DNA of 63,820 nucleotides, counting the filler, from Bigelowiella natans CCMP2755 (lineage: Eukaryota; Protista; Cercozoa): the NCBI GenBank assembly GCA_000320545.1. It is 6 parts of 6 records of this genome, joined end to end, with 100 filler letters (N's around TTAATTAATTAA, not from the genome) between each part and the next. Parts side by side here need not be neighbours in the genome. Positions count along the whole stretch, not along the records: positions 48,330 to 60,774 come from ADNK01000530.1; positions 60,875 to 62,611 come from ADNK01003264.1; positions 62,712 to 63,820 come from ADNK01002181.1; 3 more parts are not named here. One strand, 5' to 3'. Numbering within the stretch: the first letter of the stretch is position 1; each line of letters starts with the position of its first letter. Both the position numbers and the translations under genes were made by a program. Below are positions 52,282 through 63,820 of the stretch, one piece after another. The notes under the pieces are model-generated. The model was not told the origin of the DNA. It saw only the letters and a program-made list of their open reading frames with translations, and ran no database searches.

Positions 52282-53188
52282 GCACGCACGCACGCAATGT
52301 TTACATTTTTGACCTCAGATGGCGCTTCAGCAGAAGTGCATCGCAGAGGTCAAGCCGCTACTGGAGGTACTCAAACGAAGCAACCTACATTAAGTGGTGG
52401 TGGGAGGTGGAAAAATGTGATTTCACATTGTCCGCGTGGTTGTATGGGTTTAGAAGTCAACAATTATTTGCTGTTAGTTTTCCCTTTGGTACGGAAATCA
52501 TCGTCTGGCTGGGACACTGACATCATCATCATCAGCAGCAGCAGCAGCATCAGCAGCATTGCTGCTATCATCATTTTGTTTCCCCCTTTCGTGTAGGAAG
52601 TTGAGAAGGCGGGATCTTGGACGGCATATCTCGAACAAGCACAAGAAGTAACGATTAGCATATTTGAGTGGAATAACTAGTAAATTGGGCTTCTTCTGTG
52701 GCCACATAGCACGCAAAATTAAATGTTGCGGAGAACGACAAACAGCGATACAGCAGGGCTGCTGCATCAACGTCATAGCTGTGATCCTGCGACTCTACTC
52801 GTTGCAGGATAATTCAGATCGCGCTTCACGTCGGGTTTTCAGCCATGATTTTTTTCCCTCGTTGTTGAGAAGAATATTCAAGCAACAAAAAATCCTAAAT
52901 ATAAAGCTTGTCGGTTGCAATTTTCACCTTGCCGGTAACACTTTTGACGGTCATGTTGGAAATTGAAGCAAGATACTTTGCTTACTGTTCTGTGTATTGC
53001 TACCACAGGGAAGTGGCTACCTTTGCAGCAATAAATTCTTCATATGCACGAACTTGCTGACAGGGAGAGGCCTCGACTCTCTCGTCACCCCAATTCTTCG
53101 TAGAAAAGGTAATCAAGCTGCGGACGCAGTGTCTGCTGAGGAGCTCATCACAGCTCTGAAGACAGCAGCCGACATCGGAAAAGATTGA
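50784..53188 (+). CDS. Hypothetical multi-exon protein
   Basis: A series of short exons from MPHRKPQEGILVRVVSFAQ to ELITALKTAADIGKD*. No family recognised. Confidence 0.45.
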
Positions 53189-53199
53189 ATTCTTCGATT

Positions 53200-53645
53200 T
53201 GCTACATGCTAGCATGAGTTATAACGCTGCGACATTTCCGATTACTTCTAGACTTATAGCTATTAATCGTTATCTAACGACTATTAGCATCGTGTACATG
53301 CGTATGTACTGTACATCTCAGCCAACATGTCGCGAACGCTAACGACATCGCGCGCAGCAGCAGTATGTGATTGCCTAGCTAGCTAGCTAGCTAGGTGGCT
53401 CTAGTGGCTGCGTGTTCTCTCTATGTGTGCGTGTGTGTGTGTGTGTGTGCAATCCTAGCTTGAACTGATACGAGGTAGCTGCATCCATGACTGTTGTGTT
53501 TTGAGGCGGGCATCATCAAAGCTTCGCCATCACACCATTTCGCAGCGAGCATGACGGCTTGTTATATAAGCATGTAGAGTTGCGCTGCCCAGTCATGCTA
53601 GCATGCATAGCAGTACTGCTGTCATGAAACAGTAGGCAAAGCATC
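53200..53645. repeat. TpA-biased, CTAG-rich island G (weaker)
   Basis: (CTAG)5 at 53375-53394, GCATGC words and a partial TpA context bias. Confidence 0.5.
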
Positions 53646-53893
53646 TGAAATATATGTACCCAAACCTGTAATTAATGTGTCCTTTAAAATCATCATTAAA
53701 TGCTGCGAAAAGGCAGCGAAGGCCAGTGAGGTTCGGATCTCCATTTGAAGAGTCCGTGGGATAAAAATAAAATATGTGCTATAGATGCTGGGAACGAGAG
53801 ATCATTTACAGTAAATTTATTGTCATCAGGGTCTAATGTGGTTGAATTTCGTTTCATTTTGGGTGACACGGATGTCCTACGCTGCATGTACAT

Positions 53894-55456
53894 CTATGCG
53901 GTCACTGTGCCGCCCTTAATCATTTCAACGCCAGTGCTCTTTCTCTCCAGCGTTCTGTCCATACCGGAGATCGACTTGTCCATGACCACGGAGCCCTTTC
54001 GGTGGGAAGTATCGTCGATGTAGATGGTGAAGATTCCGGTGAGACCGACGGCGAACACAATGAAACCGAGAATGAGATATCCAGTCGCGAAGTTGCCAAC
54101 AGCTAAGAAGACAAATCCCCAAATGACAGCACCAATGTTTCCGCCCGCACCAACGAAGCCGCACACGCCACCGGTGTTCTTAGGGTCGACGTAAGGAACA
54201 ATCCCGAACGTGGAGCCTTCGGCGCTTTGCACGAAGAGTGAAAAGATGATCATCATGAAAATGGCGGACCCAAGGGTCGGCATGCGAGAGAAGATGACGA
54301 GAAAGATCCCCTCGCCGCAGGTGATGATGATGTGCGCGTATTTCCGTCCAGTCATCCCCCATCGCGTGTAGGACCAGTCAGAGATCATTCCTCCCCAAGC
54401 ACGAGCAAAGAGGTTCATGAGTCCGAAGAGGGAGGCAATGAGGCCAGCAGTGGTGATGCTGAGGTCAAAGCGATCGAAGTAGTAAAGCGCGATGGTGTTG
54501 TTGACATGCAATTCCATCCCGAAGCACACAGCGTACTGTAGGACGAGCACCCATACGTTCCAGTTCTTAGCCACATCCGCCGCGCTGGCCTTCTTCGTTC
54601 CACTGTTTGATGAGGTGTCAACCGGAGGAACGTACGTGCCCTGAGGGCAGTCGTCTCCGAAGGCGTAGACGAGGATAGAAAAGAGCATAAGGGCGAACGC
54701 GGGGATGTAAAATGCGTTGCGCCAACCACACTCAGCGTCGCAGTCTGGAGAGGAAGTGTTCATTGCGTAAATACCAACCATAATTGCCTGCGTGAGTCCT
54801 CCTCCAAGGTTTCCCCAACCTCCAGCGATGGCGTTCATGGTTCCCGCGATCTCCTTCTCGAACATCAGCGTACACCAGAACTGACAGCCCACGAAGGTAG
54901 CGCCGACGATACCAATCAAGCCGCGGACAATGCAGAGGCCTACAACGCCCTGGATAAGCCCTGCAAACCACGTGGGAATGGCAGCAAACATGAGGAGGAA
55001 GGCCTGTCCCTTACGGGGTCCGACGTGATCCATTATGGGACCAATGGCGAAACGTGCGAAGACAGTGGAAAGCACGGAGGCTATATTTCCCCAAAGCAAG
55101 TCAGATCTCTGCAGGCCGAGAGTCTTTCTGATTGCCGGTCCGAGGGGAGCAAAGGAGAACCAAGCGATGAATGCTGCCACACACACACATACGTGCATAA
55201 ATTAAGACCCGGGCAAACCACGAGCGACGGCTTTAAAGGGGGAGTGTGTTATGTTCTCACCGATCAGAAAGGAGGTCCAAGCAAGATGAAAGGCTCTCAT
55301 GTGGGGGCGAGCGCAGGAGTTAATTTTGTACTCAATCGCCTTAAGTGTGTAGGGATCGTAGTCTAGATCGAACTCCATAGGAGGGGTGAGCTTCTTGAGG
55401 CCTTTCTCGTTGGCATTGAGCTGCGATTCGCGCTTTCCTTCTTCAACAGTTGACAT
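53894..55456 (-). CDS. NRT2: High-affinity nitrate transporter (NNP/NRT2 family, MFS); exons 55456-55261 and 55173-53894
   Basis: ARPHMRAFHLAW, FIAWFSFAPL, nitrate signature AGGWGNLGGG, ARAWGG, EGSTFGIVPYV, GAGGNIG; one 87-bp GT-AG intron. Confidence 0.95.
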
Positions 55457-56318
55457 TGCAAGGAAGAAGAATTCTACAGTGTGGTGGCACTACAGGACTG
55501 TGGTGGAGGTTGACTGATGCCGGGCGATGATTTATAGGTGCGCCTGAGTTGTGATGTTGTGTGCGTGTTGAGTGTTTTGGATGGTGAAGAAAATGAACGA
55601 CCTTCCGAAGAGCAAGAACAATAGTCCGAACTCTTCCGACACACCACACCGCCACTGCAAGCGCGCTCAACGTGGCCTTTTCACGATCATCTTTGGAAAA
55701 GAAAACCCTTTGTTCGTACAACTTCGGGACATTACGAAGAACCACCGATTTCAGATCAAAGCACCTTTCTTCAGACCAATTGCCGAGTAGGATTTTTCGA
55801 TGCTCTGGGGAATTCGTTTTCTTTGCTGAATAAATAGACATGAAAGTCACAAAATCGCCTTATTAAGTTAGTTGCAAAGTTGATCCAGAAAGCTGAAAGA
55901 ATGTGAAGACTCGTTCTTTGCCGTACTTCTTTGGATCTATGGTCGGTAAATAGAAAGCTATTTTAGACTGACGACATCAAAAGGAATAGAAAAACAATGA
56001 ATAGATCGAATGCCCAACTCTTCTCCTCCTTCCAACCTCTTCAAAAAGAAACCATAGTTGCTGTTTATTTGCTGCGACCACGTTTGCTCAGAAATTACAT
56101 TGAAAAATGGTCGTAACTTGCTGTCTTACGACAATAACTCTAATTGGTGTTCCAAGAAAAAAATGTTGGTGAAAACACCTAAAGCAATTACGACGTATTA
56201 CCATCGGAAGTGTCGCCATAGTATCAACCGTCACTAGAAATTATCTGGAGACGTATACCTACTTACATGTAGTGGATAGTGGGGATCCACTGGAGAATCA
56301 GAAATCGTACGAAATTGG

Positions 56319-56869
56319 ATGGGTTTAGTACCTACGACAACGATACATGATCTCTTGTGCCAAATTAAATCCCATTGGGATCATTCCCGCCCCAAACCTC
56401 TGGCCACCCGCTACGGCCAAGCCCCAAACACCTGCACCCTGAGTCCTTCATCGCCCAGGCCTCTTCCTTTGCACACGAATGAGTCGGTTGGACTGCAGTG
56501 TGGGATGTTGCTCAACATCAACGAACAGCACAAGGCCCAGCAAGCTGCAGATGCCAAAGCGCATAAAGCGCGATCCCCCCTTTTTCGGAAAGTTTGTTCA
56601 CTTTCATCACGAGGAAGTAAGCCGCGGTCGTGAGATTCTCCGCGGGGATTTTGCAACGATGTACAAGGCCCACATCATTGGACGCTCGAAATTCGCTGTG
56701 ATGAAGATCTATACGAACCCATCAGACTTCACCGCTCTCAAAAGAATGCCGAAAGTGAAACGGCATCAGAATCTGGTAGCCATAATTGGGATGGTGACAT
56801 ACAAGAAGAGGTTATGTTTGCTCGAAGAGGTATTTAGCTCGAGATTGGTGCCACTATACTAAGTCTCAC

Positions 56870-56906
<37 letters not shown>

Positions 56907-57620
56907 CTTTAGCACTACTCTCTTGGAAGCCTAGACCAGCTCCACGACAAGATCGACCTCGTGCACCACTTTCATCAAATCGCTTCCGACGTGCTGAGGG
57001 GTCTTCTGTTCCTGCACCAGGACTGCGGCATTGTGCACGGCCAGCTGGCATGCCGAAGCCTTCTCATGAACACATCTGGGATCGTGTCGATCGCTGACTA
57101 CGGAGTCCAGGTGCTACCAAACCAAAATCAAGAGCTGACCGAGATTGCTTGGCAGTGGGTCGCCCCAGAGAGGCTCCTCATGGAAGATGAGAAGCAGCAA
57201 GAGCTGCTAATGCCAAAGTCAGATGTGTGGAGCCTGGGAGTAACCCTTTGGGAAATCCTTTCCGGTGGGGCCCTCCCATACGCTGCTGAGAAGGTGCGAT
57301 TAGAGATCACCAGAGATTCTACGGTCATCGAGATGATTAAGACGAAGAAGATCCGCCTTGGCTTCCCGGTGGGGACGACCGCACTATTCTGCGAAAGGAA
57401 TATGATAGCTAACTGCCTGATCTTTGATACATCGCAACGACCGACGCTTCTCAATCTCGAAGAATTCCTTGACAATTTTTACGACAAGAACTGGCTACAA
57501 ATGAGGAAGAAGTTTCAGTCTCCAGGAATCAAACGTGATGATGACAAATACCACCTCGGAGTGCATATGGAAGACTTTCATGCAATATCGGGAGGGCGGG
57601 GCGATTTGTTGAAAAATTAG
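56319..57620 (+). CDS. Tyrosine-kinase-like protein kinase fold, predicted pseudokinase; 5' structure uncertain
   Basis: AVMK, HQNLVAIIG, VHGQLACRSLL, IADYG, WVAPE and SDVWSLGVTLWEI, with an intron at ~56830-56912. Confidence 0.8.
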
Positions 57621-57799
57621 CGCAGATATGTCGTCAGATAGCGTGCCTTTCAATTAAAGTTCTAAAATTGTCTGCACATAAAGCATTGTATTTTGATGTG
57701 AACTTTTATCATTACCGCCGCGCTACTCGTCGCTCTATGTGTATGCAAAACTCTCCGCACCGCAGCCGCGCCCGTCATCATTTATACATGTGCCAGTGC

Positions 57800-59191
57800 T
57801 CTTATCAAGCTCTTGATGCCATGCACGGGCGGAAATGCCATTAATACAACTCACGGTACCAGTAGCTGCAATTGACTGGCGTGGAATATTAAAATCTTTA
57901 TATACTGTAGCACATACGCACATGCGCTCTTTCGCTTTGATGATGATTGTCGAAGTTCCTCGCGTCGTACGATGCAACTCCAGAAGCTACCACTCGGCTC
58001 AACGTCACTGGGAAGACTGCTACCATCACTGCGAAAATGGGTTGTTACTCTGGCCGAAGGTGCTTGTCGGTTCTCCTAATCATCACCATTTTAACATCAG
58101 CGCCAAGGTAAAAAAAAAAAGGCTCACATCTTAGTTAGATACAAGAGAGCATTTTGATTAAACCTAGCCGCGCCAACGGAAAGAAACAGAGAATTACGCG
58201 GATATAAAGCAAGCTCACTCACGAGGAGGAAACACAACCCCTCTCCCCGCATCATGTGGCCATTGGTCCCTCCCTCTATCCTTGTTACAACTCCAAAACG
58301 TGAAGCACACAAAGAGAATACTTGAGAAGAGGTCGCTTGTGAGGTATATGTGGCCGTCCGCCCAGACCTGCGCCGTAAACACACATAATAACAACACATG
58401 CAACAGTTACACAAACGATGGATCTGAAGAACACACAGCGCGGGGACACGAACGTTCATCGTCCGCAACGACGAGGCGCCGGCGCGGCCAAAAGGAAACA
58501 AAAAAAAACAGAGCTTGCAGACCGTCGAGAGATTACTCTTTGGGTGATACAGAAAATGCGTGCAACAATGGAAAGTCAGCATTGCACCGCTTCGCAACAT
58601 GACAGGACAGCAGTACACCAACAAGCTTCGCTCTGGGAGAGTAGTAAGCAGGAGCAGGAGCCAGCAAATATAATCGAGTAGTAGACTAAGTATATTGTCT
58701 TCACCATGGACTCCGTTTGAAGCTGCACCGCCAACGCACCCCCCCGTCGACCCTATCGGGAAAGAGGAGTAAGAAAGTGGGGGGGGAAGGGGGGGGGGGA
58801 GGGGAGGTAGAAGGTCCACCAAAATCAGCAAGCTCACTACGACAAAGTATGAGTCACTGGAGATGAAAAAAGAAACATAATGATAATTACCGAGACATAC
58901 AGGTCACAACACACACACATTCATACAATATCACGCGCACAGATGAACACACCCTGAGGTGGAAATGGCGCGCTGGGATCAACGTATCGAAGAGCTGCTG
59001 GAGTGCCCTTATCTTCTTGAACGTGTCTGATGTTTGTTGGCGGGTAGGTAAGCTTGCGAGCAGCAGCAGCAGCATAGCACAGACGGCAGTGTGTGGTAGT
59101 TATGGTCGTGTCCTTCCGAACTATGCACCTGCTATCTTATCCTCCTCCTTTTTCGATCCTTCATCTACACCATTGCCCTGAAGAACAACAG

Positions 59192-59227
<36 letters not shown>

Positions 59228-59502
59228 ATATATGAGCGAGAACTGAGTCTCTCCTTTCCCTATGGCTGCTAGAGATAAGCAAAACGCTGTCTAGCCCCCC
59301 CACTTCATCCACCGCGGTCTCCGATTTCGATTCCTCATTGAGAGGCTATTAGCACTCTACTACCTCCTTCCTATCCGTCTCGGCCATACCCGAGTAATTG
59401 CTCCTTGCGCTTCATTTTTTTGTTTAAAGAAAAGGGGGGGGGGGGAGGGTTTCAAAGAGACGCACAGATGCTACTGTAGAAAGAGTATTATTTCACTTAC
59501 GT

Positions 59503-59537
<35 letters not shown>

Positions 59538-59796
59538 ATCATCATCATCATCATCATCATCACCATCACTATACCTATTATCTTCATTATAAGTATCTAC
59601 CATCACAATATCCCCCTCACCACTAACACACTCACACACACACACACGACAACAACACGCAAGATGTTGCCACCACCTGGCGGGATGTACCAACGGCCAA
59701 AGCGGTGTACCAGCAGCCCCGGCGCTGCTGCTGATGATGATATTCGCATTGGTGAGTCGGGCAAAACTAAGATTTGTCAAAATTTGCGGAAGGAAG

Positions 59797-59833
<37 letters not shown>

Positions 59834-60090
59834 CACACACAACTGTACATGATGTGCGCATCAAATATTCTTTTTCCTTTTGAAGGATTAAATATACCTT
59901 GCTGCCCCTGCTGCTTTATTAGCACTCTGTGGTTGCTGCCGCCCTGTCGGCGGTAGATTCATGCGGAGGCCAATCTATATCAAAAAAAGGGGGGGGGGGG
60001 CACATAAACGGGCGACAACTTGTACTCATATCTGCAGTAATAAGCTGTGGTCAAGATACGCAGCAAATGCATCAGCAAACCACGTGCAAC

Positions 60091-60130
<40 letters not shown>

Positions 60131-60199
60131 TAGACCGCTCAGGAGAAACGAGTATGCTTTTGAAAGACCGCTTCTTCGTCGTTGAAACCGTGCAAAGAT

Positions 60200-60233
<34 letters not shown>

Positions 60234-60439
60234 GCTGCAACACTTCTATGAAGATTGCAAACCTCTTTGGTTTCTTTCATCTCCCGCCCTTTGCTCCTTC
60301 CACCACCATCAACCCTCTTCCAGGCGGAGGGTGACGATGCCAGAGCTGTGATGACGCCGTCACCGTATTCGCCATCGAGAGGAGGGGGGGGAGTCGATAT
60401 ATCGTACCTGTTTTGTTGTCATCATCATTGGGTTGTTGT

Positions 60440-60471
<32 letters not shown>

Positions 60472-60560
60472 TACTGCGTCAAGTAAATAGGTTTTATTAG
60501 ACGTATTTTCAGCCAGCTGCGCCATGTATATCTACCAGGTATTACTTGTACGCTGTTCAC
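57800..60560 (-). CDS. Hypothetical multi-exon protein fragments among microsatellite introns
   Basis: Candidate exons include TFKKIRALQQLFDTLIPARHFHLR and PGLLVHRFGRWYIPP. The frame chain was not fully resolved. Confidence 0.3.
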
Positions 60561-60595
60561 CGACACATTCATTCATTATCGCCTTCTATCACTCT

Positions 60596-60640
<45 letters not shown>

Positions 60641-60774
60641 GCTGTCTCTCGGTGTGACTCACGGTTGGTATGTATGTGTGAATACGTGGGAGGCGGGAGT
60701 GCTCACAGTCATTTAGTTACGTGTCTGGGGTGCCGTTTGGGAACACGATACATCAACCAATAAAGATATTAATT

Positions 60775-60874
60775 NNNNNNNNNNNNNNNNNNNNNNNNNN
60801 NNNNNNNNNNNNNNNNNNTTAATTAATTAANNNNNNNNNNNNNNNNNNNNNNNNNNNNNNNNNNNNNNNNNNNN
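60775..60874. other. Assembly gap with artificial linker
   Basis: N44-TTAATTAATTAA-N44. Confidence 0.98.
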
Positions 60875-61332
60875 AAAAAAAAAATTTCATCGCGGCTAAT
60901 AATATGGAAACCAATTCCATAAATTCGTATTAATTTAACTTGTTGCATAACCTCTTTATTAGACTGATCAATCCCCCCCCCCCCCGCGTCCCTCCTCCCA
61001 CCTCAATGGATTGGAGACACTGAATGCATGCTATGTCTATATCTCCACAACCGCAGTGCTTGATGATCAATGGGACAGGCCCAGAGGCTGGGTGAAGGCC
61101 AATCCTGGGCAGGTCTGAGAAGAAGAAGAAGAAGAAGAAGAAGAAGAAGAAGAAAGAAGCACGACACACCCGGATATAAGAAGACGTCTTATCACACACT
61201 CACGCGCACGCCTCTCCGCACCGATATACATCGATATGCCTGAGCCGTGTATGTTGGGTGAAGTGGCCCTTGGGAGAGATGCTTTTCTGGAAGAGGGCGC
61301 TGCGCTCAACCTTGTGTGTGTGCATGTGTGTT

Positions 61333-61371
<39 letters not shown>

Positions 61372-61482
61372 GCGTGTGTGTTTGCGGTCGGTACAGAACG
61401 GTGTTTATCGGGTGACGTACGATGATGACACATGGGGCCTCCTTGCCGGTAACTTGAGTAGCACAATACCCTCTCCGAGCAA

Positions 61483-61520
<38 letters not shown>

Positions 61521-61719
61521 GTACATATATTGTGTGTGTGTGTGTGTGTCAATATTCTAAGTAATATCCTCATCATCTCAGGCCAACTGCATTCAGATCA
61601 CCTTCAAATACCAAAGGCTGACCGAGCCGTATGACTTTCTAAACACCCCCCCTCCTTCCTCTCTCTCTCATCCTGCTCTCTCGCATCGTTCAAATCGAAT
61701 GTAAATGTATAGAATGTAT

Positions 61720-61753
<34 letters not shown>

Positions 61754-62553
61754 TTGTGTATTTGTGTATCTGTGTATGTGTGTTTTCAACCCGTCATACC
61801 GCTCATACGCTGCGCTGCTCAGGGCCTGCTCGATGACGCCTTTTCCCTTGCCCGAGCTCATATCGTGGTCGGTGACGATGATGATGATGATACGCCGTAG
61901 TTCTGTGTTGTTGATGCCGATGCTATGAGCGTGGGAGAGCTTGATTCTCTCGGAACTCATAGGCATGTTCTCCATATCATCAGGGCCTCACGCTGCCATT
62001 GAACCTAACACGGTTCCAGTCCAAACTCACCACAGAAGAAGAAGAAGCGCCAAGAATACGCGCGAGAGAGAAAAGAAGGGGGGAGGGGGGGGGGGGGGGG
62101 GGGTGTTAGGGTGGGATGAGGTGAAGAGAATGAAAGAAAGAGAGAGAGAGAGAGATTCTCTGTATTCCTCGCTGTGGTTCTCGATAGGTTGTGATGTAGG
62201 TCGGTTTTCCCCCGGCAGGTATTTGCCTAGGGAGTTGAACTACTTGCCCTGGAACGCCGCTCTTTCAGGTCCCCCTCCCCTACTCGAGATGCGTTTGGCA
62301 AACGAATCCTGCGTGTGTTGGTTTATTTGCTTGTTTCTTGGCTTGCGCGCGTGTATCTGCATGTGTGCGTGCGCGAGTGTGTGTGTGTGTGTGTGTGCGC
62401 GCGCGCGCGCGCGCTGTAGTGCTGGAGGTGCAGCGATTTCCCTTGTCCATATGGCCTCTCAAACGCAACAACAACAACCCAGGATTCTATTGGCTAAGGA
62501 CCTTGCTTAGAACCCGCCCCATATATGGTACTGGCTCTCGATCTCACCCGCGC

Positions 62554-62611
<58 letters not shown>

Positions 62612-62711
62612 NNNNNNNNNNNNNNNNNNNNNNNNNNNNNNNNNNNNNNNNNNNNTTAATTAATTAANNNNNNNNNNNNNNNNNNNNNNNNNNNNNNNNN
62701 NNNNNNNNNNN
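62612..62711. other. Assembly gap with artificial linker
   Basis: N44-TTAATTAATTAA-N44. Confidence 0.98.
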
Positions 62712-63068
62712 GATGCCCGACCGATCATGTCAACAGACCGGGAAACATAGCGGCAAGAGGGGTCCTGACCGGTACCCAGACCTCGTCATTGCGGCCCCAG
62801 ATCCAAGTAGAAATATTATTGCTCGTGACATCAGAGGCTGTTTGTACGACCTCTAGTATTGCACTAGGGCGTAGATCACCAATGGTACTATTTACATGCA
62901 CATTTACGTGGTCAATTCCGCTGAAGCATCGTTCAAAAATGCCATAGTCATGACCGGTTCATTGCACGCAAACAAACGTGTTAGTGAGGTTACTATTACT
63001 TTCACGAATTCTGAACCTGCCAAGAAAACAATCCCTCTTCCTCCTCCTCCTCCTCCTCCTCCTACTTA

Positions 63069-63502
63069 CGCCGTACTTGCGGAGCTCCTGAAGGCTAGTC
63101 GGGAACATGCGGCATCGTCGCCTGATGGTATCCATCAAATACCTCGTGCACTCATCACCATACCCGCCCTCCCCCCCCTTCTCGTCGCCGCCGTCAAATA
63201 TCGGCGTCCCCTGGTAGTGCCTGAGCAGCAGCTCCAGCCGGTTGATATCCAGCGATACGGTGTTCTGGTCTAGAAACGTCCATTCCTCCGGGCCGATGTA
63301 CTCGAAGATGATGGCGCCCACGCCGGCGTCCCACAGCTTTGACGTCGAGTAGAAGAGATCCTGCACGCTGTTGGCCAGCGGCTCCGTGTCTACTTTGAGC
63401 AGCCGCTGCCATTTCTGCAAACGGTGCTGCTGCTGAAACACGCCTGGGGGTGGCGTGAGGGAGAGGAGATGTAGGCCGCGAATACAGTTTATTCTCTCTT
63501 CT

Positions 63503-63541
<39 letters not shown>

Positions 63542-63820
63542 TTCTCTTCCCCCCCCTCTCACGGATAGTGTGTGCATGTGCATGTGCATATGCATGTGCA
63601 TATGCATGTGTGCATGTGCGTGCGTGCGTGCGTGCGTGTGTGGATGCGTTATTGTCTTGGTACTCGTATATTTTGTGTCCAAAGGGTCCCGTTCCACTTG
63701 CTTCCGCCCATAATGGCGGTAGCGATTATAGCGACGTCCAAACGCATTAAAAAGCCTTGCTCTTCCGATGTGTTGATTGAGCTCATCGTCCTGCTCTGTT
63801 TCCCCATATGACATGTATAT
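63069..63820 (-). CDS. Hypothetical protein, internal exons; 5' part outside the window
   Basis: A GC3-rich exon at ~63443-63069 (VFQQQHRLQKWQRLL...LQELRKY) is bounded by AG and GT, with an upstream exon near 63664-63820. Confidence 0.5.

Noticed and set aside
1-63820. CRISPR arrays, rRNA genes, operons or prokaryotic defence systems
   Set aside because: No repeat-spacer arrays or rRNA-like sequence seen. The genes are spliceosomal-intron-containing and functionally unrelated.

Overview
Eukaryotic nuclear DNA from a gene-dense, intron-rich microbial eukaryote. The style and the NRT2 gene would fit an algal protist such as a chlorarachniophyte, but this cannot be confirmed here. The window is six contigs joined by five artificial 100-bp N/TTAATTAATTAA/N linkers. 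Splicing exons by hand gave a sulfotransferase, SDH3, a roughly 10-kb PTEN-C2-PX-PH-FYVE gene, an L/F-tRNA-protein transferase homologue, PTPA, an AFG2/CDC48-type AAA ATPase, a SAM-domain protein, a GT92-like glycosyltransferase, HID1-like and FHA proteins, tRNA-Cys(GCA), a CPA2 antiporter, NRT2, a tyrosine-kinase-like pseudokinase and several hypothetical genes. The most striking unexplained signal is a set of about seven intergenic islands, two holding copies of the same retroelement 3' end. In them TpA is depleted (almost completely in the strongest), apparently by conversion to TpG/CpA, while CpG is retained and CTAG is spared and tandemly expanded. This looks like a targeted A:T-to-G:C hypermutation system, the directional opposite of fungal RIP. 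Exon coordinates and dinucleotide counts were done by eye and are approximate.
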